Part shown: positions 27,763-43,706 of the stretch, one piece after another
Numbering within the stretch: position 1 is the first letter of the stretch
Layout: every line of letters starts with the position of its first letter
NCBI GenBank assembly: GCA_012295275.1
Contig: CM022679.1
Location: 7,006,001 to 7,070,000 of the forward strand
Reading direction: 5' to 3'
Length of the DNA: 64,000 nt
DNA from: Chrysomallon squamiferum
Taxonomy: Eukaryota; Animalia; Mollusca
Translations under genes and position numbers: made by a program
Notes under the pieces: model-generated
What the model was told of the DNA's origin: nothing
The model's database searches: none
The model's input: the letters and a program-made list of their open reading frames with translations, nothing else

Positions 27763-27882
27763 AGAGTATAACTATATATATAATAAATAACTAAATAAAA
27801 TACAAACAATGTACAAGTACTAGTATAATAGAAGAAAAAAATAAAAACAAACATAAATATAAATATTAATTAAGTAAAAAAT

Positions 27883-27920
<38 letters not shown>

Positions 27921-28170
27921 GATAGATAGATATATATAAATCTCGGCTAAGTCGACTACGTTTTTAAGTCGTCAAAGTCGACACCTTAGCGAAATTCGTC
28001 ATTTTCTCCAAAGAAATTCCCATTAAAACAATCCCTGTCAAAGTTAATTTCTAGTTCAAACCTCAGTTAATTTCTGATGTCATGGATGAAATCCGACGGG
28101 ATATTGCATTGGGATATGGATTTATATGCGTGACTTGCCTCGTGTATGTATGAATAAATAAATACATAAT
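21795..28170. repeat. Tandem triplication of a ~2.09-kb unit, plus a partial fourth start, directly upstream of the intact TNFR-like gene
   Basis: The anchor GTGAGTTTCCCGCTATCACAAGCTG recurs at 21824, 23927 and 26016. Units are near-identical and contain (CA)n, (TATG)n and (ATTT)n tracts. The GACGGGATATTGCATTGGGATA variant of unit 1 reappears near 28095. Confidence 0.95.
22170..22490 (-). mobile_element. Possible tRNA-derived SINE fragment, one per 2.09-kb unit (also ~24230-24550 and ~26320-26640)
   Basis: GC-richer island between microsatellites with a B-box-like GTTCGAGCC on the minus strand (22446-22454). No clear A box or target-site duplication seen. Confidence 0.35.
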
Positions 28171-28283
28171 ATTTAAAAATTACACACACACACACACACA
28201 CACAGTATAACTATACACACATACATACATATATATATATAAATAAATAAAATAAAATACAAAATGTACAAGTACTAGTATAC

Positions 28284-28371
<88 letters not shown>
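28284..28371. repeat. (GA)n microsatellite; representative of many (GA)n, (TAA)n, (CA)n, (TA)n and poly-A tracts in the window
   Basis: Direct inspection. Other (GA)n tracts at ~33240-33330, 38217-38312, 39529-39602, 43651-43704 and 44925-45008. Confidence 0.95.
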
Positions 28372-28374
<3 letters not shown>

Positions 28375-28617
28375 ACTAATTCAGAAAAGAAAAAAAAAAA
28401 AGAAATCAGATATGGTTTCCGATACAAAGTACAATGGTTATGCCATGTGTCAATTAATTTGAACTTGACCGTATGCTTCAAATAATAAGTCTCTTAACAG
28501 CTGCCATAAAAAAAGAAAAAAAAAAAAGCGAATGAAAAATGAATGAAAAATGTATTCACTTTTGAACTAAGTAAATATTATTAAAACCGATTTAACATAA
28601 AAGAGGATCACCGTTCT

Positions 28618-30790
<2,173 letters not shown>

Positions 30791-31833
30791 TAATAAAATT
30801 ATTAAAAAGTTAAAGGTAGCAAAAATAATAATATTAATAATAAATTATTGGTAATAAACACTTTCAATATGTGTCGAAGCTGAATGAGAAAATGACAACA
30901 CGAACACCGCTACGTGATTGTCAGATTGTTTCGCTACTAATATTTGTGCATGTGTGCTAGATGGCACACGAATAAAACGACAACAGCAACAATAATGATA
31001 ACGATAACAACAACAACGACACAAATAGCATTAAAGAAGAAAGGCATGGTATTAAATGGTGTTTTTAAATTATTTGATTCCTCTACTGGGTTCTATTCCA
31101 TCCTTTTGCTACAATCGTATACTTAGTAATGTACATTTATAACCTCGTCATTATGAATATTACGTTTATAAAAGATATTTTTTAGAAAACGGATTTTCTA
31201 CAAGTTCTCTCGCATTTATTTAAAAAAAAAAGAAAAAAGAATAAGAATTTAAAAAAAAAAATACATTTGGCTGGAGTTAATTAATTAATTAATAAAAAAA
31301 AAAAATTAAATCACTGCAGCTGTTATATATATATATTCTACATTAGTGATACAATATAGGACGTTTTTTGTTAAATTCGAAATATTTACAACAACAATAA
31401 TATAAATATTCAGGTGTAAATAATAACAAATTTGATGTTTTAAGATTGTAACTTTATGTTTGGTAACAAATTGCACCTGTGACATTAAATTCATGTAGTG
31501 AAACAGACTAGTAATGAAACAACAACGTGACGTGAAACATTCTTTAATAAATGTAATAGATCGTATATGACAATAAAATAACTACATTCAAGATGCCTTT
31601 TTTCGTTATTAATAACAGATAAAATTAAATATAAAGGAATAAACAAACTAAAAGAATTCGAGTTAAACACTTCTTAAAATGTTTGCCGCTAAAAATAGAT
31701 ACACGTAATAACGTTTGATACACTTATTTTTAATAATTTCACAAATCTTTTAAGAAACAAAATAAAATAAATTGTATGTAAATATTTCAAGCTTAATTAG
31801 TAAATTATTTATTAAAGAAATTAGTAATCTTAC

Positions 31834-33237
31834 CTTAGATTTGACAGCAGTGAAGTGGCCTCGTGTTATGAGTGACGACACTTTTCCTCAATGCGCATGT
31901 CTTTTGTATGTCGTCGTTGGTTGGTTTGTCTTAGTGAAGGTTGTTTTCCATTTATTTCTCTCTGACCTATTCTGCGTCGAATGCATACAAGCGATATATT
32001 TCTTAAAACAGAATTTGAACAAGAAGCATAAATGTGACATTGAACTGCCGTTATCAGTATTCATCAGTATGCATTGTATTAGTGACATTATTATCTTAAA
32101 CACTGGAGTGAAAACAAAAACAAAAAATTCACAAAAAAGGAGAGGTCGCCATCCTTCTGGTTGATCTTGCTTTGTAAATTAAATTAGCTTTTGTAATAAT
32201 GAAAAAAAAAAAAATAATAATAATATTTTTAATAATAATAATAAAAAAAAAAAAAACTGAAAAAAATAAAATAAAATAAATAAATAAATAAAGAGTTGAA
32301 TACTAAATCTACAATTCACTGGGCTACTGTCGTTTACTATCAGCAGCAAATCTTTAATATGCATTTTCCAAATCCAAAAGAAAACACGAACACCTTCAGC
32401 CTGTAATACAGTCACGTTTTAAAATAGTTGACTAAGTAACTCTTCCTTTAATACTTCAGTCTGCCTATCACACTTATATCTGCCCAACAACACATTTGAA
32501 TGTGTTCACTGAAATCATTTTTGTCTACCATGAAGTATTTTTTCAACCAGTTTCTTCTACAGAATAGTGGCACATTTTCTGTTAGCGTTGTCCCAGTTCT
32601 GAACTGACAAGTGGCCATTTCAGCTGATCTTTGATCGAATAGGCGTATTTAATGCTGGCAATAATTTTACTGTTAAAGCCAATTGTTGTGAAAACAAAAT
32701 ATTAATCCAGATCCACGTTTCAAAAAAATTGTAGTCAAACTTATTCTGCCAGTCAACAGTGTAAAAACGAAATTGTTAGGCTTCCAAGAAGGAAAGACTT
32801 CAGTGTTTCCAGGAAAAATAACGATATTTCCCCGGGAATGTAACTGCCCTGCACAAATAATAGTTAAGTTGATATCATGCCGTCCTACTTCAGCAGATTA
32901 GCATACAGCTGATATAAAGTAACCTAGTAAAAATATCACTACAGGTACATTAAACAGCACTGAAGTGTGAACTGAATGGCGCGAATCATAAAACCTATGA
33001 ATGTTAAACATCTCTAAGAGTTATTAGATTTATACTACAAATTTTGCTCTATTTTACCATGGCCTTAGGTAAACGAGATGAAATATATTATTATTATTGT
33101 TATTCCAGTTGTTGTTTTTGGTGCTGGTGCTACTTTTGTTACTCAGAAAAGATTATGCCTGCATGACGACCTAACTTTCCATATATACATACATGTTTGT
33201 GTGTGTTTCTATGTGCATATAATACATGAATATCTGC

Positions 33238-33333
<96 letters not shown>

Positions 33334-33430
33334 CCTTACGTTTCAGTTAGATCATAAAAAAAATGCATATACATTTTTTAACATAATGAATATGCCGAAC
33401 TCCAGAGAAGAATAATTAGTAGTATAAAAA
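31834..33430 (-). pseudogene. Truncated fourth copy of the small-membrane-protein gene (upstream region and exon A only)
   Basis: Exon A homolog 32001-31834 keeps its AG acceptor and GTAAG donor, and the upstream block is homologous to 38200-39700. No exon B, C or D homolog was seen downstream. Confidence 0.6.
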
Positions 33431-33431
33431 A

Positions 33432-33473
<42 letters not shown>

Positions 33474-33559
33474 CCAAATGGTAAGAAAAAAATGTGGCCA
33501 CCAAAATATAATAACTGACCGTTTTCATTTTTTATTTATGCATAATCTATCCTTGAACA

Positions 33560-33665
33560 GTTTTCTGTCGGCTATTTTCAGATAATCCAGGCAAACTTTG
33601 AAAAGTCGAGAAAAATAGTTCGAGTTTTAGTGTTCGAGTATTCGATTTTCAGATATTAACTGTAG
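33560..33665 (-). mobile_element. Probable pogo/Tigger-type MITE terminal fragment (degenerate copies ~39985-40100 and ~45395-45505)
   Basis: The minus strand begins TACAGTTAATATCTG followed by repeated ACTCGAAC/CTCGA units, which resembles the termini of Tc1/mariner-pogo non-autonomous elements. The second TIR was not seen. Confidence 0.4.
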
Positions 33666-34136
33666 TTCCGATGGATGAGTGATATATTCTTGAATGTTTG
33701 AATAAAAAACTAAATAAATAAAAGACACAACTCAAATGAATTTGACATAAATATGTACACACACATGCCTTTATTGATATATGACAGAGTAAAAACAAAC
33801 GATATATACATGTAAGTAGCCTACATTACTGAAACACATAACCCGAAATTAATAGTAGTTTTAGATTTATAGGCTTTGCAGAACGTAATTAATCAGTACT
33901 GAGATGTTAACAGCATTACAGTCCACATATTTAAAAAAGAAACCACGTATATATATATATATATATATATATGTCAAGAAATAACATCTTTTTTTTCGTT
34001 ATTTAAAAATTATAATTTTTTTTTTTTAAACTTGAAAATGAAGTAACAAACAGTAGTTATTGATAGCTGATCAACAGTCGCTGCAAATGGATGAAAAATT
34101 CTTGCAGGACAGTAAGCTCCAAAATCTTTTACACAT

Positions 34137-34282
34137 CTAGATGTCTTCATCATCTAGAAAAGAAAAAAGTAAGTAATACTTATTAAACGTTTTCTATATG
34201 AACTAGTATGACAATGCAAAACAAATACCGCCTACCTTGCCAGAAAAATATTGTTGTTGTTGTTGTTTTAGATTTAATTATA

Positions 34283-34339
<57 letters not shown>

Positions 34340-37221
34340 TGTGAAAATGTAATAGAAAATTGGAACTCGGCAGATAAGACCGTGACATACACATAAAAAA
34401 AGAAAAGAAAAAAGAAAATTATAATCGTTTGTGACACTGAAAAAATTAAGAATGTTTAATACATGGATATTGCAAGATGTCACTGCTGTCTATTATAATT
34501 TATATATTTTTGTGTAACCTTTGTATAACAAGGTTTATACTCTAATATCATTACTACTTTTATTTATTACTTTTTGAAACGTTTAATTTTTTTTTTTTCT
34601 TTATTGCAACCACAACAGCAACAATAACTATTACTACTATTTTTGTGTGGCAAGCACTGTTACTACTATTATTATTTCTACTATTATATTACTACCGCTG
34701 CTTTCACTTTTACTGCTGTTAGATTAAGTCCACTACAATCACTATTTTAAACAATCTCACTGTCCAGTCAGTGTACTTAAAGGAAGTAATATATAGTGTA
34801 TCAGAGAAAAAGGAATACTTCTTAATTACTGTTACAATTTTCAATATTATCTCCCCTGCATTAGCCGTGATTTTTGAAGTAGTGGTCGAAAGTAGACTTT
34901 TAAATATAAAGAGTAGTTAAAGTACAAATACAGCTGCAGTGATGACAGTATGGAAATAATAGTAGCAGTAAAAATGCTAGTATAACAAATATGATACCAG
35001 TAGCAGCAGTACTAGCAGCAGTAACAATTACAGCAACAGCAGTTGTAGCAGTGGTAGTAGTAGTAACATCAGCAGCATAAGTAATAGTAATAGCAGTAGT
35101 ACTAGTAGTGCTTATTGTTGTTGTAGATTAAATATGGAAAACAAATTTTGTCTTATTAACTTTTATTTATTTCAGTTTATTATTTAATGAAAAACACAGA
35201 CACATACTTTTACATCTATCTTTAATCAAGCTGTTTTCTATTCTACAATGAGTAATTAACATACGCTTTTCTCTGTTATATTCTGATTGGATGTTCGTAT
35301 AGCTATAATGCTATTGTTCAGTTTTATTAAAATTCAAATATTTTGTCAAGTCGTATTTTTCAGATATTTCACAGGTTGACTGCTGATTATAAAATCAAAT
35401 AATCCACGTTTTAATTCAAAGTTTAAATAACATGATTATATTTTATATATTCCCTACTAGTTGTTTTATTTCTACTTAAACTTCAACAATTGATTTTCTA
35501 ACGTCCTAATTTCATACATAAAGATATATTTTATCAAGATCAAGATAAATAAAAGTAGTAATAGTATTAATAATAATAATAATAATAATAATCATCATTA
35601 TATTAATAATAATAACTTATCTTCTATTTTTATCGAAGTTTAAAAATGTTTATCTTTAAAAAATGAAATATACATTCAAATATCTTGAAACTATTAATGT
35701 GAAATCAGTTTATTTGAAATTTAACTTTAAATATATATTAACAATAACAACCTCGTATTCAATTTTGACGTCCTTGAAGAATAGAGAAATTAAGAAAAAT
35801 TAATATAGCTTTCAATTTCTTTTTTTCATTTACAATAATAGCAATAACAGTAATGCTGCATAATCAACTTGTATTATCTGATAACTTCATAATAAGAATA
35901 TTGACATTAAAATATTGCTAACATTTATAACAGATATCATAATGCACTTATCACTGAAACAAAATGCACTTATCACTGAAACAAAATTTAAATTCTCACG
36001 CAAAAAGGCCTCTACCCTTGACAAAAATATTTCAAGGATTGTTATAAATTTGTTTGAAGTCACTTACGTTTTTCTTCACAAAGGATTGTTATAAATTTAT
36101 TTGAAATCACTTACGTTGTTCCTCACGCAAAAATGTAACAAGTCCAGCAATCGAAACTGCAACCACAAGCAGCATTAGGACTATGAACAAATAGTTGTCT
36201 TCTAAAAATAGAAAAAAGAGGAGCAGCAATAGTAATAGTAGTGCTAGAAGCAGTAATGGTAGTAGTAGCAGCAGCAGCAGCAGCAGTAATAGTAGTAGTA
36301 CTAATAGTGTTATTGTTGTAGATTAAATAAGGAAACAAATTATTTTTGTTTTATTTATTTTTATTTATTTTAGTTTATTATTTAATGAAAACACAGACAT
36401 ACAATATTTACATCTATCTATCTTTAATCAACTGTTTTATATAATACAACGAATAATATATTGCTATTATTTTATTTTATTTTCCCCATTTATAATAATA
36501 ATAATAATAATGTTACATAAATCAACTTTTATTATCTGATAACTTCATAATAAAAATATTGACATTAAAACATTGCTATCATTTATAAGGTAGCAGATCA
36601 CGCATATCACTGAAACAAAATTTAATTTCTAAGATCTCTATGCTTCACAATAAAAATGACAAGGATTGTTATAAATTTATTTGAAATCACTTACGTTTTT
36701 CTTCACGCAAAATTGTAACAAGTCCAGCAATCGAGACTGCAACCACAAGCAGCATTAGGAATATGAACAAATAGAAATTGTTGGCCTCTAAAATATGAAA
36801 AATAGGAATAATTCAGTTGAAATTTATTATGTGAAAAAGCTCTATAAGACATAGCTATTTGCAAGAAAAAGAAAAGTTGGCAGCGAGTTACAATTCTCAC
36901 AAGTGATAATTATAAAATAAATGTTTTGAAAAGTTGCAAACAAATATACATTTAAAAGAACTCATTCGTTTTATTAGTTAATTTTTTTTAATTCTTTCTT
37001 TATTTCTTCTTCTTCTTCTTCTCATTATTATTATCATTATTATCATTATTATTATTATTATTAGTGTTATTGATGTTATTGTTGGTGTTGTTGTTGTTGT
37101 TGTTTTAATTAAACAGTTTCAATGTTTATTCTTATCACAACAGAAACTCACGGAAATCTGTATCTGCGTAGCGTTGAGGCGTGGAAAGTACTGAGAAAAA
37201 ATCCATTGTCTGAAACATCAT
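34137..37221 (-). CDS. Uncharacterised small membrane protein, copy 3 (two TM cassette exons; 57-59 aa with one, 88 aa with both)
   Basis: Exon B 37221-37152 (MMFQTMDFFSVLSTPQRYADTDF, donor GTGAGT), C 36787-36695 (QANNFYLFIFLMLLVVAVSIAGLVTILREEK), C 36201-36115 (QDNYLFIVLMLLVVAVSIAGLVTFLREEQ), D 34153-34137 (HDEDI*). All introns are phase 1. A possible upstream in-frame ATG lies at 37859 in exon A (37922-37784). Confidence 0.65.
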
Positions 37222-38213
37222 AAATTCACGTCCTAAAATAATTAGAGAAGTAGAATCAGTAGAGTAATAGTTCTTTTAATATTGTAATACAAGTAGTTGC
37301 AATACTACACATTTTGCAGCAATAAAAAATGTAATAATTATAGTGGTGATGACGATGATAACAAAAACAAGAAAACCTATTTGATTAAGTAATAACTCTT
37401 TACAAAATTTTAAAGTTTATGATGGCAAACGGTGCTGAGAATTTATGTCAGTGATTTCCAACAGGGCGGCAATTTGAAAGTGATATACATTTTAGCGATA
37501 GATAACAAAATAACAACATCGAGGGATAAAGAAGTCCGACACTTTTCTTTATTATAAATAAAAGAGAGAGAATTGTTTTGAAATGAAAACATCAAACCAA
37601 AAAAAGTTTTGACATTCCCGCTAATAGCATCTAAACCACAGATATGTTACTAAAACTAGAAACCATGTAATACGGTTTCATACACATTTTTAATAATAAT
37701 TTCACAAATCTCTCCAGAATCAAAGTAAAAAGTATTTCATGTTTAATTATTAATTTATTTATTAACGAAATTATTATTCTTACCTCTGTTATTATTTTTG
37801 ACAGTAGTAAACAGAGCTCGTGTTTTTCTCAGTTTTCTACAGCGCGCATGCTTGATCATGCGGAAACACTTTTTGACTGAGAGTTACATCCGATTTTAGT
37901 TTACACATATTGCGATATATTTCTTAAAATAGCATTACTATAAATGGAACTTAAATCAAAATCTTTAATCTGGCGTTATCAGGTCGCAGTGTAAAATGTT
38001 CTCTGGCAGTAACATTAATAAAAAAAATAAAAAAAGGAGATAGATAGACAGATAGATAGCTATACATTTGTTTTTTTATGGGTTAAACAAAATGCATATA
38101 TACACATACATATATATAAATAATAAAACCCAGTTTAATTCAGAATTCAATGAAAAAAGACAGGTAGCTATCTTTCTGGTTTATCTTACTTTACAAATTA
38201 ATTAGCTTCATTT

Positions 38214-38315
<102 letters not shown>

Positions 38316-39270
38316 TGAATCTTAAATCTACAATTCACTGGGCTACTGTCGCTTATCAGCGAATCTTTAATATGCATCTTCCAAATCACAAGAAAACACA
38401 AACACCTTAAACGTGTATATATGTGTGTGCATATATAGATACTCTCACCCACACATTTTAAAATAGTTGACTATGTAAATCTTCCCAGGTGAAATTTCAT
38501 TTCTTTTAATACTTCAGCTCTGCCTTTCACACTTATATCTGCCCAACAACACATTTGAATGTGTTCACTGGAATCATTTTTGTCTACCATTAAGTATTTT
38601 TTTAACCAGTTTCTTCTACAGAATAGTGGCACATTTTCTGTTAGCGTTGTCCCAGTTCTGAACTGACAAGTGGCCATTTCAGCTGATCTTTGATCGAATA
38701 GGCGTATTTAATGCAGGCAATAATTTTACTGTTAAAGCCAGTTATTAATATTAATCCAGATACACGTTTCAAGAAAATTGTAGTCAAACTTATTCTGCCA
38801 GTCAACAGTTAAAAACAAAATTGTTAGGCTTTCAAGAAAGAAAAACTACATTTTTCCAAGAAAAATAACGATGTTTTACTCAGAACTGTCACAGATCCTG
38901 CACAAATATAATACGTTGAATTGGTATTACCCCGTCCTACTTCTGCAGATTAGCATAAAGCTGATATAAAGTAACTTAGTATAAAATATCACTACTAGTG
39001 CAAGTACGATTGGGTCCTAACGATAATACACTGAATGGCGCGAATCATAAAACCTATAAATGTTAAACATCTCTAAGAGTTATTGGATTTTAAGTATATG
39101 ATTATTTGTTTAACAATTTCAACAGAGAAAACATTCATTTCAGCTATCAGCAGGAGAGTTTATATACTACAAATGTTATTATATTATGCAGTAAACCATT
39201 TACCATGGCCTTAGGTAAAGGAGATGAGAGGCAATAGCTAAAAATATTCCAATATTTCTGTCTTACTTGA

Positions 39271-39337
<67 letters not shown>

Positions 39338-39524
39338 CAGTTGTTGTTTTTGGTGCTGATGCTAATTTTGTTACTCAGAAAATATTATGCCTGCATGACT
39401 ACCTAACTTTCCAAATTTTATATATATACAAACATACATGTATGTTTGTGTGTGTGTGTGTATGTTTCTGTGTGCATGTAATACATAAATATCTGCAAAC
39501 TTCGTGTCACGAAATATATAAAAC

Positions 39525-39604
<80 letters not shown>

Positions 39605-40183
39605 CCTTATGTTTCAGTTAGATCATAAAAAAATGTATATACATTTTTTAACATAACGAATATGCCGAACTCCAGAGAAGAATAATTAGTAGTATAAAAT
39701 AATAATCAAAATGTCAGCATCAAAAATTTATCATTCCATATTAAATAAAATGAAAACTATAATTAAAATAATCGACCGTTTTAATTTTTTATTTTATTCT
39801 TTTTCTGTCAGCTGTGTTTATTTGTTTGTTTATTGTTGTTGTTGTTAAATCTGTTTATTTCATTTTGATTTTCATTTGTACATTCTATACGTATATGTGT
39901 GTTGCATTAGCGTGTAATTAGAACAAGAAGTAAATACATTTTTCCAGACTTTATTTTATTAACTGTATTACGCGTAATATACCCGTAAACAGTTTTCTGT
40001 TTCCTATTTTCAGATAATGCAGTCGAACTTTGTTAAGTTGACCAACATAGTTAGAGTAGCCGGGTGTTCGAGTATATGAATTTCAAATATTAACTGTAAT
40101 TCCGATGGATGAGTAATATACTCTTGAATGTTTGGTATTAACAGTAATTATCAATAGCTGATCATCAGTCGCTGCAAAATCGT

Positions 40184-42454
40184 TTACACATCTATTCTGT
40201 CTTCATCATCTAGAAAAGAAAAAATATGTAACACTGATTAAACGTTATAGCATACATCACCACCTTCTGTGTAAATTAGGACTATGAAAGAGCTCGCAAA
40301 ATTAAACGTATTTTCAAATTTCATGAATAGAAAGGTAACAAATGGAAAAATACACGTATATATTTTTTAAACAAAAACAGTAGTTTCACTTAGTCCTTTT
40401 ATTTTTGTTCCTAATTCCGAATTATACATCTACCTAATTTTGTATCTTTACCATATCCTCTTTGTTTTCAATTTTCTCCTATTGATAGTGTAAGAACATA
40501 CATGGATATTTCAAGATGTCACTGCTGTTTATTATAATTTATATATTTTTGTGTAACTTATTTGTAAGAAAGTATAAATTCTAATATCATTTTGTGTTCT
40601 CATTACTATTTTTATTTATTACTTTTTGAAACGTTTAATATTTTTTTATTCTTTATTGCAACCACTACAGCAACAATAACTATTACTACTATTTTTGTGT
40701 GGCAAGCACTGTTACTACTATTATTATTTCTTCAAGTATATTACTACCGCTACTTTCACTTTTACTGCTGTTAGATTAACTCCACTACAATCACTATTTC
40801 AAAAAGCTCACTGTCCGGTCAGTGTACTGAAAGGAAGTAATATATAGTGGATCAGACCAAAAGGAATACTTGTTAATTACTGTTACACTTTTCAAGCAGT
40901 GCCACTATGTAATATTATCTCCCCTGCATTAGCCGTTGTGATTTTTTAAGTACTGATCGAAAGTAGCCTTAGAAATATTAAGATTAATTAAAGTAGAAAT
41001 AATATAGTTGAAGTGATGATATTAGTACGGAAATAATAATAGCAGTAAAAATGCTAGTATAACAAATATGATACCAGTAGCAGCAGTAACAGTTACAGCA
41101 ACAGCAGTTGTAGCAGTGGTAGTAGTAGTAACAGCAGCAGCATAAGTAATAGTAATAGTAGTAGTATTAGTAGTGCTTATTGTTGTTGTAGATTAAATAA
41201 GGAAACTAATTATTTTAATTTATTTATTTTTATTTAGTTCAGTTTATTATTTAATGAAAAACACAGTGACATACTTTTACATCTATCTTTAATCAAGCTG
41301 TTTTCTATTCTACAATGAGTAATTAACATACGCTTTTCTCTGTTATATTCTGATTGGATATTCGTATAGCTATAGTGCTGTTGTTCAGTTTTATTAAAAT
41401 TCAAATATTTTGTCAAGTCGTATTTTTCAGATATTTCACAGGTTGACTGCTGATTATAAAATAAAATAATCCACGTTTTAATTTAAAGTTTAAATAACAT
41501 GATTATATTTTATATATTCCCTACTAGTTGTTCTATTTCTACTTAAACTTCAACATTTGATTTTTTTAAATCCTAATTTCATAGATAAAGATATATTTTA
41601 TCACGATCAAGATAAATAAAAGTAGTAATAGTATTAATAATATTAATATTAATATTAATATTAATATTAATATTAATATTAATAACTTATCTTCTATTAT
41701 TATCAAAGTTTAAAAATGTTTATCTTTAAAAAATGAAATATACATTCAAATATCTTGAAACTATTAATGTGAAATCAGTTTATTTGAAATTTAACTTTAG
41801 CTATATATTAACAATAACAACCTCGTATTCAATTTTGACGTCCTTGAAGAATAGAGAAATTAAGAAAAATTAATATAGCTTTCAATTTCTTTTTTTTCAT
41901 TTACAATAATAGCAATAATAGTAATGCTGCATAATCAACTTGTATTATCTGATAACTTCATAATAAAAATATTGTCATTAAAATATTGCTAACATTTATA
42001 ACAGATATCATAATGCACTTATCACTGAAACAAAATTTAAATTCTAAGGCCTCTACCCTTGACAAGAAATATTTCAAGGATTGTTATAAATTTGTTTGAA
42101 ATCACTTACGTTTTTCTTCACGCAAAAATGTAACAAGTCCAGCAATCGAAACTGCAACCACAAGCAGCATTAGGACTATGAACAAATAGAAATTGTTGGC
42201 CTCTAAAATATGAAAAATAGGAATAATTCAGTTGAAATTTATTATGTGAAAAAGCTCTATAAGACATAGATATTTGCAAGAAAAAGAAAAGTTGGCAGCG
42301 AGTTACAATTCTCACAAGTGATAATTATAAAATAAATGTTTTGAAAAGTTGCAAACAAATATACATTTAAAAGAACTCATTCGTTTTATTAGTTAATTTT
42401 TTTTAATTCTTTCTTTATTTCTTCTTCTTCTTCTTCTTCTTCTCATTATTATTA

Positions 42455-42490
<36 letters not shown>

Positions 42491-42645
42491 GTGTTATTGA
42501 TGTTATTGTTGGTGTTGTTGTTGTTGTTTTAATTAAACAGTTTCAATGTTTATTCTTATCACAACAGAAACTCACGGAAATCTGTATCTGCATAGCGTTG
42601 AGGCGTGGAAAGTACTGAGAAAAAATCCATTGTCTGAAACATCAT
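40184..42645 (-). CDS. Uncharacterised small single-pass membrane protein, copy 2 (62 aa)
   Basis: Exons 42645-42576, 42202-42110 and 40209-40184 give MMFQTMDFFSVLSTPQRYADTDFQANNFYLFIVLMLLVVAVSIAGLVTFLREEKHDEDRIDV*. Donors are consensus (GTGAGT, GTAAGT) and acceptors are pyrimidine-rich AG. AATAAA lies ~230 nt after the stop. A possible upstream in-frame ATG lies at 43302 in exon A (43344-43239). Confidence 0.7.
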
Positions 42646-43645
42646 AAATTCACGTCCTAAAATAATTAGAGAAGTAGAATCAGTAGAGTAATAGTTCTTT
42701 TAATATTGTAATATAAGTAGTTGCAATACTACACATTTTACAGCAATAAAAAAATGTAATAATTATAGTGATGATGACGATGATAACAAAAACAAGAAAA
42801 CCTATTTGATTAAGTAATAACTCTTTACAAAATTTTAAAGTTTCTGATGGCAAACGGTGCTGAGAATTTATGTCAGTGATTTCCAACAGGGCGGCATGTT
42901 GAAAGTGATATACGTTTTAGCGATAAATAACAAAATAACAACATCGAGGGATAAAGAAGTCCGACACTTTTCTTTATTATAACTACGAATATTATAGAGA
43001 AAAATAAATTAACAAAAAGAGAGCAAATTGTTTTGAAATGAAAACATCAAACCAAAAAAAGTTTTGACATTCGCGCTAATAGCATGTAAACCACAGATAT
43101 GTTACTAAAACTAGAAACCATGTAATGCGGTTTCATACACATTTTTAATAATAATTTCACAAATCTCTCCAGAATCAAAGTAAAAAGTATTTCATGTTTA
43201 ATTATTAATTTATTTATTAAAGAAATTATTATTCTTACCTCTGTTATTATTTTTGACAGTAGTAAACAGACCTCGTGTTTTTCTGTTTTCTACAGTGCGC
43301 ATGCGTTAAGTCACATTTCAGTTTACATATACTGCGAGATATTTCTAAAAATAGCATATGACTACAATAAATGAAACTTAAATCAAAATCTTTAATCTGG
43401 CGTTATCAGGTCGCAGTGTAAAATCTTCTCTGATAGTAACATTAATAAAAATAAATAAAAAAAGGAGATAGATAGACAGATAGATAGCTATACATTTTTT
43501 TTTATTTTTTTTATTGGTTAAACAAAATACATATATACACATACATATATATAAAAAATAAAACCCAGTTTAATTCAGAATTAAATGAAAAAAGACAGGT
43601 AGCTATCTTTCTGGTTTATCTTACTTTACAAATTAATTAGCTTCA

Positions 43646-43706
<61 letters not shown>

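Noticed and set aside
31772-32164. 130-aa plus-strand ORF
   Set aside because: It has a TTG start, lies antisense to the exon A homolog, has no counterpart ORF in the other three copies, and shows no recognisable domain.
36123-36900. Cys-rich ORFs ...HSPNAACGCSFDCWTCYIFA (also 42118-42315), resembling a toxin or CRD
   Set aside because: This is the alternate frame of the TM cassette exons. The Cys residues arise from frame-shifted Leu/Val codons, and the frame stops before the donor.
38471-38677. 68-aa ORF MATCQF... repeated at 43862-44068 and ~32448-32618
   Set aside because: It is conserved only because it lies in the duplicated unit. The differences I noted are non-synonymous, one copy has a shifted end, and there is no recognisable domain. 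At most a uORF.
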